From NCBI GenBank assembly GCA_964016885.1, contig OZ024743.1, positions 242,544,001-242,608,000 of the forward strand: a DNA stretch of 64,000 nucleotides, given 5' to 3'. The notes beneath the pieces were generated by a model. The model was not told where the DNA came from, did not search any database, and saw nothing but the letters and a program-made list of their open reading frames with translations. A program made the position numbers and the translations under genes. Positions 29,394 to 41,546 of the stretch are shown piece after piece (within the stretch, counting starts at the first letter, position 1; each line of letters begins with the position of its first letter). The DNA comes from Eledone cirrhosa. Taxonomy: Eukaryota.

Positions 29394-29869
29394 CTATTCT
29401 CAGTTAAGTCTCCAGGCAATGCGCGGACACTGGCGGCTCATATAAAAATAATAATAATTCGGTAGATCGAACAGCTGGCGAGGACTGGATTCTATGTACC
29501 GAAATTCTCACTGCTTCAGGTCAAATGGCCGATTCTAAAGAATCAATCACGTGACACAGAGGCTAGTTAGAAGGAATGGGATGGTAAGATGACTGACGCC
29601 TACTAACACCCCAAAAAATTTTTTTAGAAGTGGTTTTGGCAAGTTTGCTCGACAAATCAGTGATTTGGAGATAAATATAGATAATTTAATATATCAACTA
29701 ACATAAGCGCACAGATGCACGCCCATGCTAGCAAATACACAGGTTATGTCATAGTACCTAGGTGGTTCAATGCAGGAGAATGCAGAACAATAATATAAAA
29801 GACGTAAAATAAGAAAATATCTTTTAAAAAAATTTTTTAAAAATTTTTTACTTACTTACTTAAATTTTC

Positions 29870-29951
29870 ACTCCAACTAATTAGTTTCTGCAATGGGATA
29901 AAGACAGTTACGTAATCCAACTGTCGAGAATTCATTGCGTCATCAGGGAGT
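29870..29951 (-). ncRNA. Type I hammerhead ribozyme (family C)
   Basis: Minus strand: ACTCC-CTGATGA-C GCAATG..GACAGTT..AACTGTC..CATTGC A-GAAA-CTAATTAG-TT-GGAGT. Long two-segment stem II, palindromic stem III AACTAATTAGTT, GUU site. Confidence 0.88.
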
Positions 29952-30425
29952 CTATTCTCAGTTAAGTCTCCAGGCAATGCGCGGACACTGGCGGCTCATA
30001 TAAAAATAATAATAATTCGGTAGATCGAACAGCTGGCGAGGACTGGATTCTATGTACCGAAATTCTCACTGCTTCAGGTCAAATGGCCGATTCTAAAGAA
30101 TCAATCACGTGACACAGAGGCTAGTTAGAAGGAATGGGATGGTAAGATGACTGACGCCTACTAACACCCCAAAAAATTTTTTAGAAGTGGTTTTGGCAAG
30201 TTTGCTCGACAAATCAGTGATTTGGAGATAAATATAGATAATTTAATATATCAACTAACATAAGCGCACAGATGCACGCCCATGCTAGCAAATACACAGG
30301 TTATGTCATAGTACCTAGGTGGTTCAATGCAGGAGAATGCAGAACAATAATATAAAAGACGTAAAATAAGAAAATATCTTTTAAAAAAATTTTTTTAAAT
30401 TTTTTACTTACTTACTTAAATTTTC

Positions 30426-30507
30426 ACTCCAACTAATTAGTTTCTGCAATGGGATAAAGACAGTTACGTAATCCAACTGTCGAGAATTCATTGCGTCATC
30501 AGGGAGT
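30426..30507 (-). ncRNA. Type I hammerhead ribozyme (family C)
   Basis: Same sequence as the 29870-29951 copy. Confidence 0.88.
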
Positions 30508-30920
30508 CTATTCTCAGTTAAGTCTCCAGGCAATGCGCGGACACTGGCGGCTCATATAAAAATAATAATAATTCGGTAGATCGAACAGCTGGCGAGGACT
30601 GGATTCTATGTACCGAAATTCTCACTGCTTCAGGTCAAATGGCCGATTCTAAAGAATCAATCACGTGACACAGAGGCTAGTTAGAAGGAATGGGATGGTA
30701 AGATGACTGACGCCTACTAACACCCCAAAAAATTTTTTTAGAAGTGGTTTTGGCAAGTTTGCTCGACAAATCAGTGATTTGGAGATAAATATAGATAATT
30801 TAATATATCAACTAACTGTCTTTATCCCATTGCAGAAACTAATTAGTTGGAGTGAAAATTTAAGTAAGTAAGTAAAAAATTTTTTTTAAATTTTTTTAAA
30901 AGATATTTTCTTATTTTACG

Positions 30921-30979
<59 letters not shown>

Positions 30980-31017
30980 GTGTGTGTGTATAGTGGTAGC
31001 TATGGTGCATATTAGAC

Positions 31018-31107
31018 GTGTCTGAAAGAACCCGCAAGGAGTAGAATCAGCCAGATCCATACAAGGACCATGACTCGAGCTACATGCCGGCGAAACATTT
31101 GTAACAC
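31018..31107 (+). ncRNA. Degenerate type I hammerhead
   Basis: GTGT-CTGAAAGA-(long weak stem II)-GAAA-CATTTG-TA-ACAC. One extra A in the core. Confidence 0.45.
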
Positions 31108-31224
31108 AAAATAAACTAAGTCCAGATGAATCACTGATTTTTCGTTTTCTTGATAATATATATATATATATGTGTGTATATATATGTTTATATATATATA
31201 TATATACATATATACATATATGTG

Positions 31225-31301
<77 letters not shown>

Positions 31302-31682
31302 ATATATATGTATATATTTATATATATGTGTGTGTGTTTGTGTGTGTGTATACACACACATATATATATATACTGTATATACACACATATATATATATAT
31401 ATATATACCATATTCACCGCCATCTTGTTATATATATGTATATGTATATATATTCTTTTACCTGTTCCAGCAGACTGCCTACGCCATGCTGGGGCACTGC
31501 CAATACACACCTCATATATATAACGAAGAAAGTGTGGTAAGGAACCAGATGGACCATAACGCACCAGAATACTCAATACTTAGGGTAGTAGAGTGGGTAA
31601 TAGGAAAATGTTTAACCCCGACGGCAGAGCTCAAGCCGTCGGAGTTAAACATTATATATATATATATATATGGAACAATATA

Positions 31683-31713
<31 letters not shown>

Positions 31714-32089
31714 ATATATATATGCTGTAGAAACGCCCGGAACTCATCCGTCGGCGTCCTGACGCTTTACCTTTACCTATATATATATATATGTATATAT
31801 ACAGAGAGCGCGAGAGAGAGGGGGAGGAGAGAGCGCGAGAGAGAGGGAGGGTGAGAGACAGAGTGACGGGGATTCCCCTGTATGAATAAAAACAGTGTTC
31901 GACTTTGAAAAGCTGTAATATAAAACTCTTGATACAGCATATTGGAATTCGAATTATCCGAAAACACATAGGATTAGCGATTCTAGATGTAATTACTTAC
32001 ATATTAACGAAACACGTGTCAGTTACATAATAAATATTCATCCTTCGATTGTGAAATGGTGTATTCATGAAATTTATTAATATATAATA

Positions 32090-32295
32090 ATAATATTCGA
32101 TTCGTTTGCAATTATGCAAACAGCCTCTTTTTTAAAGCCATGTCTGATCAGTGGGTCTGTTAATATGCAGATCTGACTGGTCAGCCAGTCTGCTAATATG
32201 CAGATCTGACTGGTCAGCCAGTCTGCTAATATGGAAATCAGGCCGATCTGTCACTGTATATTTTAGAAAATTACATATATTTTCACTAGCTCTGA
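32090..32295 (+). mobile_element. Fragment of family A element (no hammerhead retained)
   Basis: TTCGATTCGTTTGCAATTATGCAAAC and the CTGCTAATATGCAGATCTGACTG subrepeats match 6680-7668. Confidence 0.75.
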
Positions 32296-34339
32296 ACTTA
32301 CCCACGAACATACACTCACATTATTTTTCGCACCACGCTACCTACATCCACACCACCTATAAACACAAACACACACGTGCGTACCCCCACATATACACAC
32401 TCAGCCTCCGGAATCCACACACACCCTCCCCCACCCCTGACCCCTCTCCTTCCACACTCACGCACACAGCGACTTACACCCCACCCCACGCACACACCTT
32501 TTCCTGAACATGGAACCTCGTTCTTCCCCCAACTCTCACATTCACATATACACGCACACACATGTACACCTACACACATACACAAACACCACCTTCAGCC
32601 TATATATATGCCTAATACCATTGCTTGTTTCCTTCCTGTATATGACTAATGCATTTGCACTCTATTTACGCTTGCATATGTACTGCTAGTGTTCTCGTTT
32701 TACGAATAACTTTCTGCCATAATGCCTCTTTAATTGTTATACTATTTCCTTATAATCTCTGTCGCTTGCATTCCACTCTGTACCTTTTTAATTTTTAATT
32801 TTTAATTTTAATTATTGTACAATTCTCTTGTAATCTATGTCGCATCCATTCCACCCTGTAAATACGAAACTGTTGTTGACATTAATATCCATGTATCTAT
32901 ATGATTGTTCAGTTGAACAGGAGATTAATTATATGTCAAACATTGCTACTGCTCCGTTGATTCCAAACGATAGTTTGGAAGAAACGATTGTCAGCAATGT
33001 AAAACATCTCATGTATTTACATTAAGTTATTTTTTCTTACTGATAATAAGGTAGTAATAAATTACTGACCTTTCCTGTTTATAGTTGTATATAGTGTATG
33101 CATAACTATAAATAATATTATTATATATATACATATATATATATATAATTAGTATTGGTGCTCCAACATAGCGTTATACACATGTATGTAAGTGTTTTAT
33201 ATCGAATAATATACGTGATGTTTATGAAAAACCTTTGAAAGCCTTTCACTATAAATTTTTAAGTTTGTAACCAACGTCACATACCTCATCTTAGCAAAAG
33301 CAAGGGGAATTATTCGACAACTCGTAGTTTGTCGCTCCTTAGGCGATATCACCCTACTAAGTTGAGAAATAAGCTAGAATCATATAGATTTCTCGCTTTT
33401 GTATATGTGCTTTTGAAGTTCATCTGCATATGGAGCTTAAATTAAAAAGTTAGTATTAGTGCTCCATATACATAAACTCATACACATGCATAGACACTTA
33501 TATATGCATATACACGCATACACATATATAGATCCATCGAGTATATTGTGGCATGAAAGTGTCACAATATATCTGAATAGATACCTACTTGGTTATGTCT
33601 GTAGCTGTATTCTGGAATAGGCCACCATTGGTTTCGACGACAAGTTATCCAGCTTTTCGGTTAACGGAACAGCCAGCTCTGTAATTCTTATTCAAAATCA
33701 GCGTGACACAGTGTGTGTGACAAGCCATGAATTACATGTAGAGTTCGCCCAATCGACGGGCTTCCAAACAGTTTCCATCCACACAGTTTTTCATAGATAT
33801 GGGTCAACCTTAGGCTATGGTAAATAACATTTGCTTAAGATGCCTCACAAGGGGATCGAACTCGAAAACTGATGTTTGCGATGCGAACTCCTAAACCATT
33901 TTGCTATGCAGTATCCAGATTGTGAGGACTGGACAGACAGAAAGTATGTGACCGAATGAAAATTTATTTATACTAGGATTGTTTTCAACACGCTGACGCG
34001 TATGTGTATCTGTGTGTGCGTGTGGGTATGTGCATATGCATACATTTATATGTATGAGTATAGAAATATGAACGCGCAAATACAGATACACTTAGAAAAA
34101 TACTTACTCACAGACATGTATTCACACAAATACACATACATTCACACAAATATACACATACATTCACACAAACACACACGCACACATACATTTACACAAC
34201 CACATATATACATAAACGCACACACAGCGTAGCAAATGGAACGCCAGCCGCTGTTTTGCTATAGTTTTTTCACCATCCCCTTCCTTTCTTTTACACACAC
34301 ATACATTCACAGAAACACACAAACACACACATTGTGTGA

Positions 34340-34810
34340 CGGACGGAAGTCGCTCAAATTTATATATAGGTTTGTTACAGTCTCAAAGTGGACGTCTTGT
34401 TTCATTATATTATTTCTGTTGTTCTCCAGTGCATTATTTAACCTGTGTAGTTTATGTTTGTGATGGTTCGTGTATTGATGTCTGTAATACTATTTCTTCC
34501 ATTGTTTCAGTTTTTAATAGTTGCCTGATTCTTCTATAGTACTCGTGTCTTAATTTCCTTCTGCATTTATATATCGCATCTTATCAGTTTCATCTCCTTC
34601 TTAATTCTTGTAAGGATGGTTCAGTTGTAATTTAAAGTGCCGTTTTAAGTTTTAATTAATTTGCCTTTAACACATTTGTTTAATCCCATATTAAAGTTAC
34701 TACACTATTGAATTCATTTATAGCTTTCATCAGAGTTTTGTCTTTCGTGTGTAGATTTAAATCATCCATATTGAAAAATTGGTTTATAGCTTGTCCATAG
34801 CATTTGTAAC
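34340..34810 (-). pseudogene. Highly degenerate R4-like RT fragment
   Basis: Minus strand reads INQFFNMDDLNLH and LRHEYYRRIRQLLKTE. Compare HNFFLDDLKLY and REYYTRLRKIWSSE in the 23057-26719 element. Confidence 0.55.
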
Positions 34811-36199
34811 CGTAAGAGCCAGAGCTAGACAGCAGATTGGAGTATGCATTAGTGGTTTGTTTTATATTAATCTAAGATAGACAGAAGATTGGGGTGGGGT
34901 ATTAACGGTCTGTTTCATATTAACACAATCAGAGCTAGACACAAAACTGGAGAACGCAAGAAGACACCATGAAAGATTTCTCTTTTTATAGAGATAGAGA
35001 TTCTTTTTAAAAGTTCTTTATCAGGCAGTGTTATTGATGTCTTCCATTTTGACACCGGGTGGAGTCATTGATATATAACAATATAGGCGCCAGAATTAGC
35101 AGAGTCGTTAGAATCTAAGACAAAAGACCTATGGGTATTTGTTCCGGCTCTCTGCGCTCTGAGTTCGAATCCTTTTGAAGTCAACTTTGCCTTTCAACCT
35201 TTCGGAGTCGTTAAAATACAGTCCCAGTCTAGGGCGAAGTTTTGGTTGGATTGTTAGAGGGTAGAAAAAGATAACTTGTGGTGTTTTTATGGCTCTTTGT
35301 GTTCTAAGTTGAAATATATTTATAATTATAATCATAAATATATAATATATATATCGGAGTGTATGTGTGTTTTTATATTTATCTATCTATCTATCTCTCA
35401 CACACACACACTCACGTATACAGGCACATATACACACACACACACACACACACCCGTACACATGCATACATACACACACTCACCCATGTACACGTACAGA
35501 CACACACACCCATGCGCTCTTTATCTCTCTCTCTCTCATACACACACACATACACATGCACACACGCGCGCGGGCGCGGACGCACGTACACACACACAAA
35601 TATACAGATAGATAAACACGGGATCACATGATCTACATTTTCAGAGATCCTTATTACCACAATGATATAATACCCATAATTCTTTGTACTGGGTGGGTTT
35701 TTTTTTTGTTTGTTTTTGTTTTTGTTGTTGTTGTTATTGTTTTGCTTTTTGATTTTGTTGTTTGACAGTTTAATATATTTTAACGTATTCTTCCGGTTGG
35801 TTTAGTACGTATTCTGCTGTACTGGTCTCACCTACTCACCAATAAAATCAACTTAATAAACGATGTCATTTACCAAATACAACTTGTTCTATCAGGGTCT
35901 AAAGGAGGGGTATTCTATTATTTCTTTGGGCTTTGGAGTTTTGCTGTTTTGTTAGTTGTTTTTTTTTTTTTGTTTGGTTGGTTGTTGTTGTTGTTTTCTT
36001 GGAAGTTAGGGGGGTGGGGAGGTTCATTTCTACTTTGATTCATCATTTTATTTCGTAGAAATTTCCAACTCAAATCATTTTTCTCATTTCGCCTTGCTTG
36101 AGTGTTCTTCTTCTTGTGGTCGATGATGTTGAGTGAAGGCACATGGCTTTGTGGTTAGAGTATTCGGCTCACAGTCGTAAGGTCGTGAGTTCGATTTTT

Positions 36200-37080
36200 G
36201 TGAAGTCTTGTGAAGTTCTGTAATGAAACCTATCATGGAAACTGTCCCAAGGAGTGGGGAATCTCCGGTCTAACGCCAATACCGACGAAAGGTGACCTAA
36301 CAAAAACAGAAAACTACAGAGGCATCTCGCTCTACCAAGTTACATCCAAGATTTACAACCATTTTCTGTTAAATAGAATTCAACAAGTTATCGATGAGGT
36401 GTTACGTCCAAATCAAAATGGTTTCGCCAAGATCGCTCCACTAAATCCCACTTCCTTGCTCTTCGCCGTATAGTAGAAGTTAAAAACCACGGCATGAAGG
36501 CTGTATTAGCAATTATCGATTTCCGAAAGGCTTATGACTCCATCAATTGCAAGAAAATGCTTGAAATTCTCGCAGCTTACGGCATTCCACCTGGTGTAGT
36601 CAACGTGATCCGAGCCATGTACGAGAATACCATTGCAACAGTAATCACACCGGATCGTGAGACTGGTGCATTTAACATCAACACCGGCGTTATTCAGGGT
36701 GACCCTCTCGTCCAATTCTTGTTCATCATCTCTCTAGTCTATGCATTTCGCTCTTTGATCACTGAAACCGATGGTCTGACACTGTGACAACACCGTAGTC
36801 ACTGTCATCCTATCGAAACCATAGCTAATCTTGACTACACTGACAACATTGTGCTTCTCGAAAATACGACTGAAGCTGCGCAGGATCTTTTCATCAGAAT
36901 CGAGAAGACATGCCATGTGGTTCATTTATTTTTGAATGCACCAAAGACGAAGTACATGTACTTGAATCCATCTACCAATGAGTACCTACACGCATCAGAT
37001 GGCTCGGATATCAAACTCGTGAGTGATATCAAGTAACTGGGTGGTTACACTGACTCTGGCCGTGACATGGATGTCAGGAT
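36200..37080 (+). pseudogene. RTE-like LINE reverse transcriptase fragment
   Basis: PIPTKGDLTKTENYRGISL, LRPNQNGF, IDFRKAYDSI, ILAAYGIP, GVIQGDPL, LDYTDNIVLL, LNAPKTKYM; frameshifts and stops. Confidence 0.85.
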
Positions 37081-37362
37081 GTAAAGAAATGAGTTGTCCA
37101 GCCGTATATCAACATATCACCTTGAAATCAATCATCAAGGAACGGATCTGAGTGCTGCAATGGTCAACTGAGGACTCTAGAGCTCGAACTTGCTTTGCAA
37201 ATGCCTCAATACCACCTCAAAGCTTCGAATGACTCAAGAAGAATATATATATATATATAGTAAGTATGTTTTGAAACAGCGAGCAAGTTTGAAATTAGAA
37301 AATAGAAGCTTTCACCGTATTTTTTTTACTAAAGAATGTTTACCCTGATATATATATATATA

Positions 37363-38248
37363 TACCAGATGGGTCAGAAAAGTTCCAGGACTGATGTCAC
37401 AAAAGATTTATTTCAAACCCAAACTTCACACTAAGAGTTTTCTCCTTCAAAGTAATCCCCCTGGAGTCTAATGCACTTTTCCATCCTTTTCTGCCACACT
37501 TACATGCATTCCTGGAAGGATTCTTCCGGGATCCTCCGCAGTTCCGTCGTCACGGCCTTTTTGATGTCGTCCACGTCTTCAAAACGGGTCCCCTCCGGGT
37601 CGTACTCGAAGATCAATGACACATCACCGGTGATGACTGTCCCTAGCAAGTCTGGTTCGGTTTCAAGACGCTCGGGGATGTCCTAGCACACTTGCATGCG
37701 TCGACCCTTCTGGTCATCGTTCAGCAGTTTTGGCACCATCTTCGCGCAGACTTTCCTCATGTCCAAATCTTCAGTGAGAATTTTCCAGACGCTGTCCCGA
37801 TTCATGCCCAGCTCATTTGCCATCAGTCGAACAGTCAGCCGACGATCGCTACGCACCATCTGCCTGACGCGCTCAGTCCTGGTTGTTGAGGGCCTTCCGC
37901 TCCTGGCGTCATCTTCCACGTACTCGCGTCCTTAATTAAACCTCTTGCACCACTCAAAAACACGTGAGCGTGACATCGTCTCATCTTCATACACTTGCTG
38001 CAGCAATCCCAGTGCTTCTGACGGAGTTTTCAAGTTTGATCGTTGCTCTGTGCTCATTGCTTGACGACCTGAAACAGAAGACATGTATATAAAATTATGA
38101 AGAAAAAAGTTTGATCGATGCAGAGAGCTAAGATTACAGTTACATACTCCAGGGGGATTACTTTTAAGGAGAAAACTCTGTGTGAAGTTTGGGTTTGAAA
38201 TAAATCTTTCATGACATCAGTCCTGGAACTTTTCTGACCCACCTCGTA
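37363..38248 (-). mobile_element. Internally deleted mariner transposon
   Basis: ~100 bp TIRs (GGGTCAGAAAAGTTCCAGGACTGATGTCA...) with TA ends. Transposase remnants EDDARSGRP, RKVCAKMVPKLL, VITGD..IFEYDPE, fused to GTRFEDVDDIK...GDYFEG. Confidence 0.92.
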
Positions 38249-38271
38249 TATATATACATATATATATACAT

Positions 38272-38303
<32 letters not shown>

Positions 38304-38304
<1 letters not shown>

Positions 38305-38721
38305 ATCAAGGTTTAGCAAATAAGAAAAAGTTTCAAAATAAATTTCAAAAAATTCACTGTACTTACTATGGTTACCTTTACCGAAACGGTTTCGAGTCTC
38401 AAAAATAAATGGTGGTCCTTGCGGGCCTCCATTGAAAAGATAAACTCTGTCCAGTGCCTGGACAGAATTGCTTCCACATCATTCATTCTCATCTCGGGAA
38501 CAATTTTGAATAGCGCCAGTTCGTAATTCGAACTCGGGAATTTTATATTCTCCGAGTAAAAAGAACCTTCTGACGAGAGTTTATCTTTTCAATGGAGGCC
38601 CACAAGGACCATCCATTTATTTTTGAGACTCGAAACCGTTTCGGCAAAGGTAACCATAGTAAGTACAGTGAATTTTTTGAAATTTATTTTGAAACTTTTT
38701 CTTATCTGCTAAACCTTGATT
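38304..38721. mobile_element. Inverted pair of hammerhead-bearing element (family D) between TA tracts
   Basis: 38304-38448 is the reverse complement of 38576-38721. Confidence 0.85.
38565..38651 (+). ncRNA. Type I hammerhead (family D), U16.1 changed to C in this copy
   Basis: ACCTT-CTGACGA-GAGTTT..AATGGA..TCCATT..AGACTC-GAAA-CCG ttt CGG-CA-AAGGT. The inverted arm keeps the canonical GGTA but lacks an intact CTGACGA. Confidence 0.75.
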
Positions 38722-38816
38722 ATATATGTTCTGGCTCGTTAATTTATTAACCTGCCATTGAACCACATTGGCATATGGTTGGATAATACATGTGTCCCTA
38801 TACGTGTTTTGCGTGT

Positions 38817-38909
<93 letters not shown>

Positions 38910-38920
38910 TATATATATGT

Positions 38921-38983
<63 letters not shown>

Positions 38984-39105
38984 AGGAGGTGAGTTTTATT
39001 GTAGCACAATAAAGCAATGCAAATATCGGATAAGTAGCACTCAACAGTTTATAGGACTGGAGTATAAATAATATAAAATCAAAAGATGGTTAAAAGAGTT
39101 CCATG

Positions 39106-39176
39106 TATTTTATTATGCGCATTTCAAAAACAAATATCATCATGGTATGATATTTGCGTTCTCATCAGATAAAATA
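39106..39176 (-). ncRNA. Type I hammerhead ribozyme (family E)
   Basis: Near-exact reverse complement of the 40339-40409 motif; core intact. Confidence 0.85.
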
Positions 39177-40338
39177 GGGAGACATGATATGAAGCTTAAA
39201 AAACACTTGCGAGCAGTGACGTGTTAAATCAACATATGAAAAATAAAATTAGAAGGATATATGAGATTGGAAAAAAGGAAAGAAAGGGGGAAAGAAAAGG
39301 TAAGGAAGAGGAAGAAAAAATATAATAATAAGGAAAGGATGACGGAGGAGGAGTATAAGAAGGAAGGATGAGAGAGGAGGAGAAAATGAGTGAGAGAGAT
39401 AACCTTTAATACTGAGAAACATTGTTTCACAGAAAAAAAATAACCGTTGTAATACATAATTTAAAAAAGATGTAGTAATTTAAAGTTAATGAGGTTTATG
39501 AATGGTGATGCTTATGATTAAAGAAAAAGGAATTAAGAATACTATTTATTTTTAATATATACTAATATTACCATTAGAGAAATTTTGTAAACATTTTTTT
39601 GACGTTATATATTTTTTCTTCCTTGAATTTTTTCTTTCTTCTCTCCTTCCATGCTCGTATTAAATCTATTATTTACTTTTTCCTATAGAACCAAACTTCG
39701 ACCCTAATTAATTCCTCTAAGTTCATAATTCATTTAACCATATCTTCATTCACCTTATCTTCTTAATATATTTTATTTTAATAATTGTTTCTACTTTTGG
39801 CACAAGGCCAGCAATTATCCCAGTGTATTACTGGTACTTTATGTTATCGACCCCATAAGGATGAAAGGCAAAGTTAACCTCGGCGGGATTTGAACTCAGT
39901 CCGTAAAGGGACGCAACTGTGCTGTAAAGCAATAAATTCCTTTTCGCACATCTTATTAAACCCTTCAATATATAAACCTTAAATAAATAGTATTCTTAGT
40001 TCTTTTTTCTTTAATCATAAGCATCACCATTCATAAACCTCAATAACTTTTAATTTCATAATTTTTTTAAATTATGTATTATCTTACAACGGTTTTTTTT
40101 CTCTGTGAGACAGTGTTTCTCAGTATTAAAGGTTATCTCTCTCTCTCTCACTCATTTTTCTCCTCCTCTCTCATCCTTCCTTCTTATACTCTTCCTCCGT
40201 CATCCTTTCCTTATTATTATATTTTTTTCTTCTATCTATATTTTTCTTCCTCTTCCTTACCTTTTCTTTCCCCTCTTCCTTTCCTTTTTTGCAATCTCAT
40301 ATATCCCTCTAATTTTTAAGCTTCATATCATGTCTCCC

Positions 40339-40409
40339 TATTTTATCTGATGAGAACGCAAATATCATCCCATGATGATATTTGTTTTTGAAATGCGCAT
40401 AATAAAATA
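40339..40409 (+). ncRNA. Type I hammerhead ribozyme (family E)
   Basis: TATTTTAT-CTGATGA-GAACG CAAATATCAT cccatg ATGATATTTG TTTTT-GAAA-TGCGCA-TA-ATAAAATA. 8-bp stem I, palindromic stem III ATGCGCAT, AUA site. Confidence 0.87.
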
Positions 40410-40434
40410 CATGGAACTCTTTTAACCATATTTT

Positions 40435-40520
<86 letters not shown>

Positions 40521-40522
<2 letters not shown>

Positions 40523-40715
40523 AATATATGTATTAACTTGCTCAGGTTGTCGAGAACAATACATAGACCAGACCAAAAACAGCCTCCGCCAACGCATGAC
40601 TGTCCATAGATCCCAAATTAAAATACGGGAATACAGGAAAATACCACTGAGTGAACACATTGATACCCGTGCCGCCCAAAATCATCCCAACTTCAGAATC
40701 TTTCCCCATTATCAC
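40521..40715 (+). pseudogene. Penelope-like element GIY-YIG endonuclease fragment
   Basis: Translates LIYVLTCSGCREQYIDQTKNSLRQRMTVHRSQIKIREYRKIPLSEHIDT..PNFRIFP: the IY-x3-C-x2-C-x3-YI(G/D)QT..L..R...H..H pattern of PLE endonucleases. Followed by a CCAAT/TATA-like region similar to the reverse complement of 17696-17750. Confidence 0.85.
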
Positions 40716-41205
40716 AACAACGAACCTCTTTACTACTACTACTACACACACACACACACATATTTGTTTTGAAAGACTTATTTTTCAGTGACTTCTCAAT
40801 CAGCCGACACAAACCTACATTTGGCGCAAAATCAATTTTTAACATTCACATGACCTCTACCGACCAATCAAAATTGTTTTGACCACAAGAATTTTTGCAA
40901 CACGAATTGGCGCGAAACTTATTTTAATACATCTGGAGCCACTTTTTTCACATAAAAACAGGTAGAATTCCCAAAACTAATCAGATCAGAGCAAACATCA
41001 CGGACGCTCTATCTCAAAATTATTTTTGAAAAGCATTAGAAATGTGCAACCGGTAAAACTTAAAACCAAAACTGAATACTAACCAATACTATTACTAATT
41101 CTCACTTATTCCTAATTAAACTATTTTTCACTGTGAACAATTTGTCAGCATTTTCTTTTCCATTTACCAATATATCATAACTTGTGTGTTACACCTCTAT
41201 TCTTT

Positions 41206-41280
<75 letters not shown>

Positions 41281-41303
41281 GTATATATATATATATATAT
41301 CTG

Positions 41304-41359
<56 letters not shown>

Positions 41360-41457
41360 CAAAATATGGTTAAAAGAGTTCCATGTATTTTATTATGCGC
41401 ATTTCAAAAACAAATATTATATATATATATATATATACAGAGAGAGAGAGAGAGGGC

Positions 41458-41546
<89 letters not shown>

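Larger units (their letters stand above)
29129..30930 (-). mobile_element. Three tandem ~557 bp hammerhead-containing monomers plus an inverted partial copy (retrozyme / Penelope pLTR-like, family C)
   Basis: Units start at ~29131, 29681 and 30238, with a partial at 30795. 30814-30930 is an inverted fragment. (TA)n flanks both ends. No ORF inside the units. Confidence 0.9.
39072..40438. mobile_element. Inverted pair of hammerhead-bearing element (family E) with a SINE in the spacer
   Basis: ~39072-39555 is the reverse complement of ~39980-40438. A third partial copy lies at ~41352-41420. Confidence 0.85.

Noticed and set aside
36137-36200. tRNA genes (also ~9125, ~11700 and ~58776)
   Set aside because: A/B boxes without a complete cloverleaf, running into SINE bodies.
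41020-41062. Very decayed hammerhead-like string downstream of the GIY-YIG fragment
   Set aside because: The position fits a pLTR, but both core boxes are too mutated to call.
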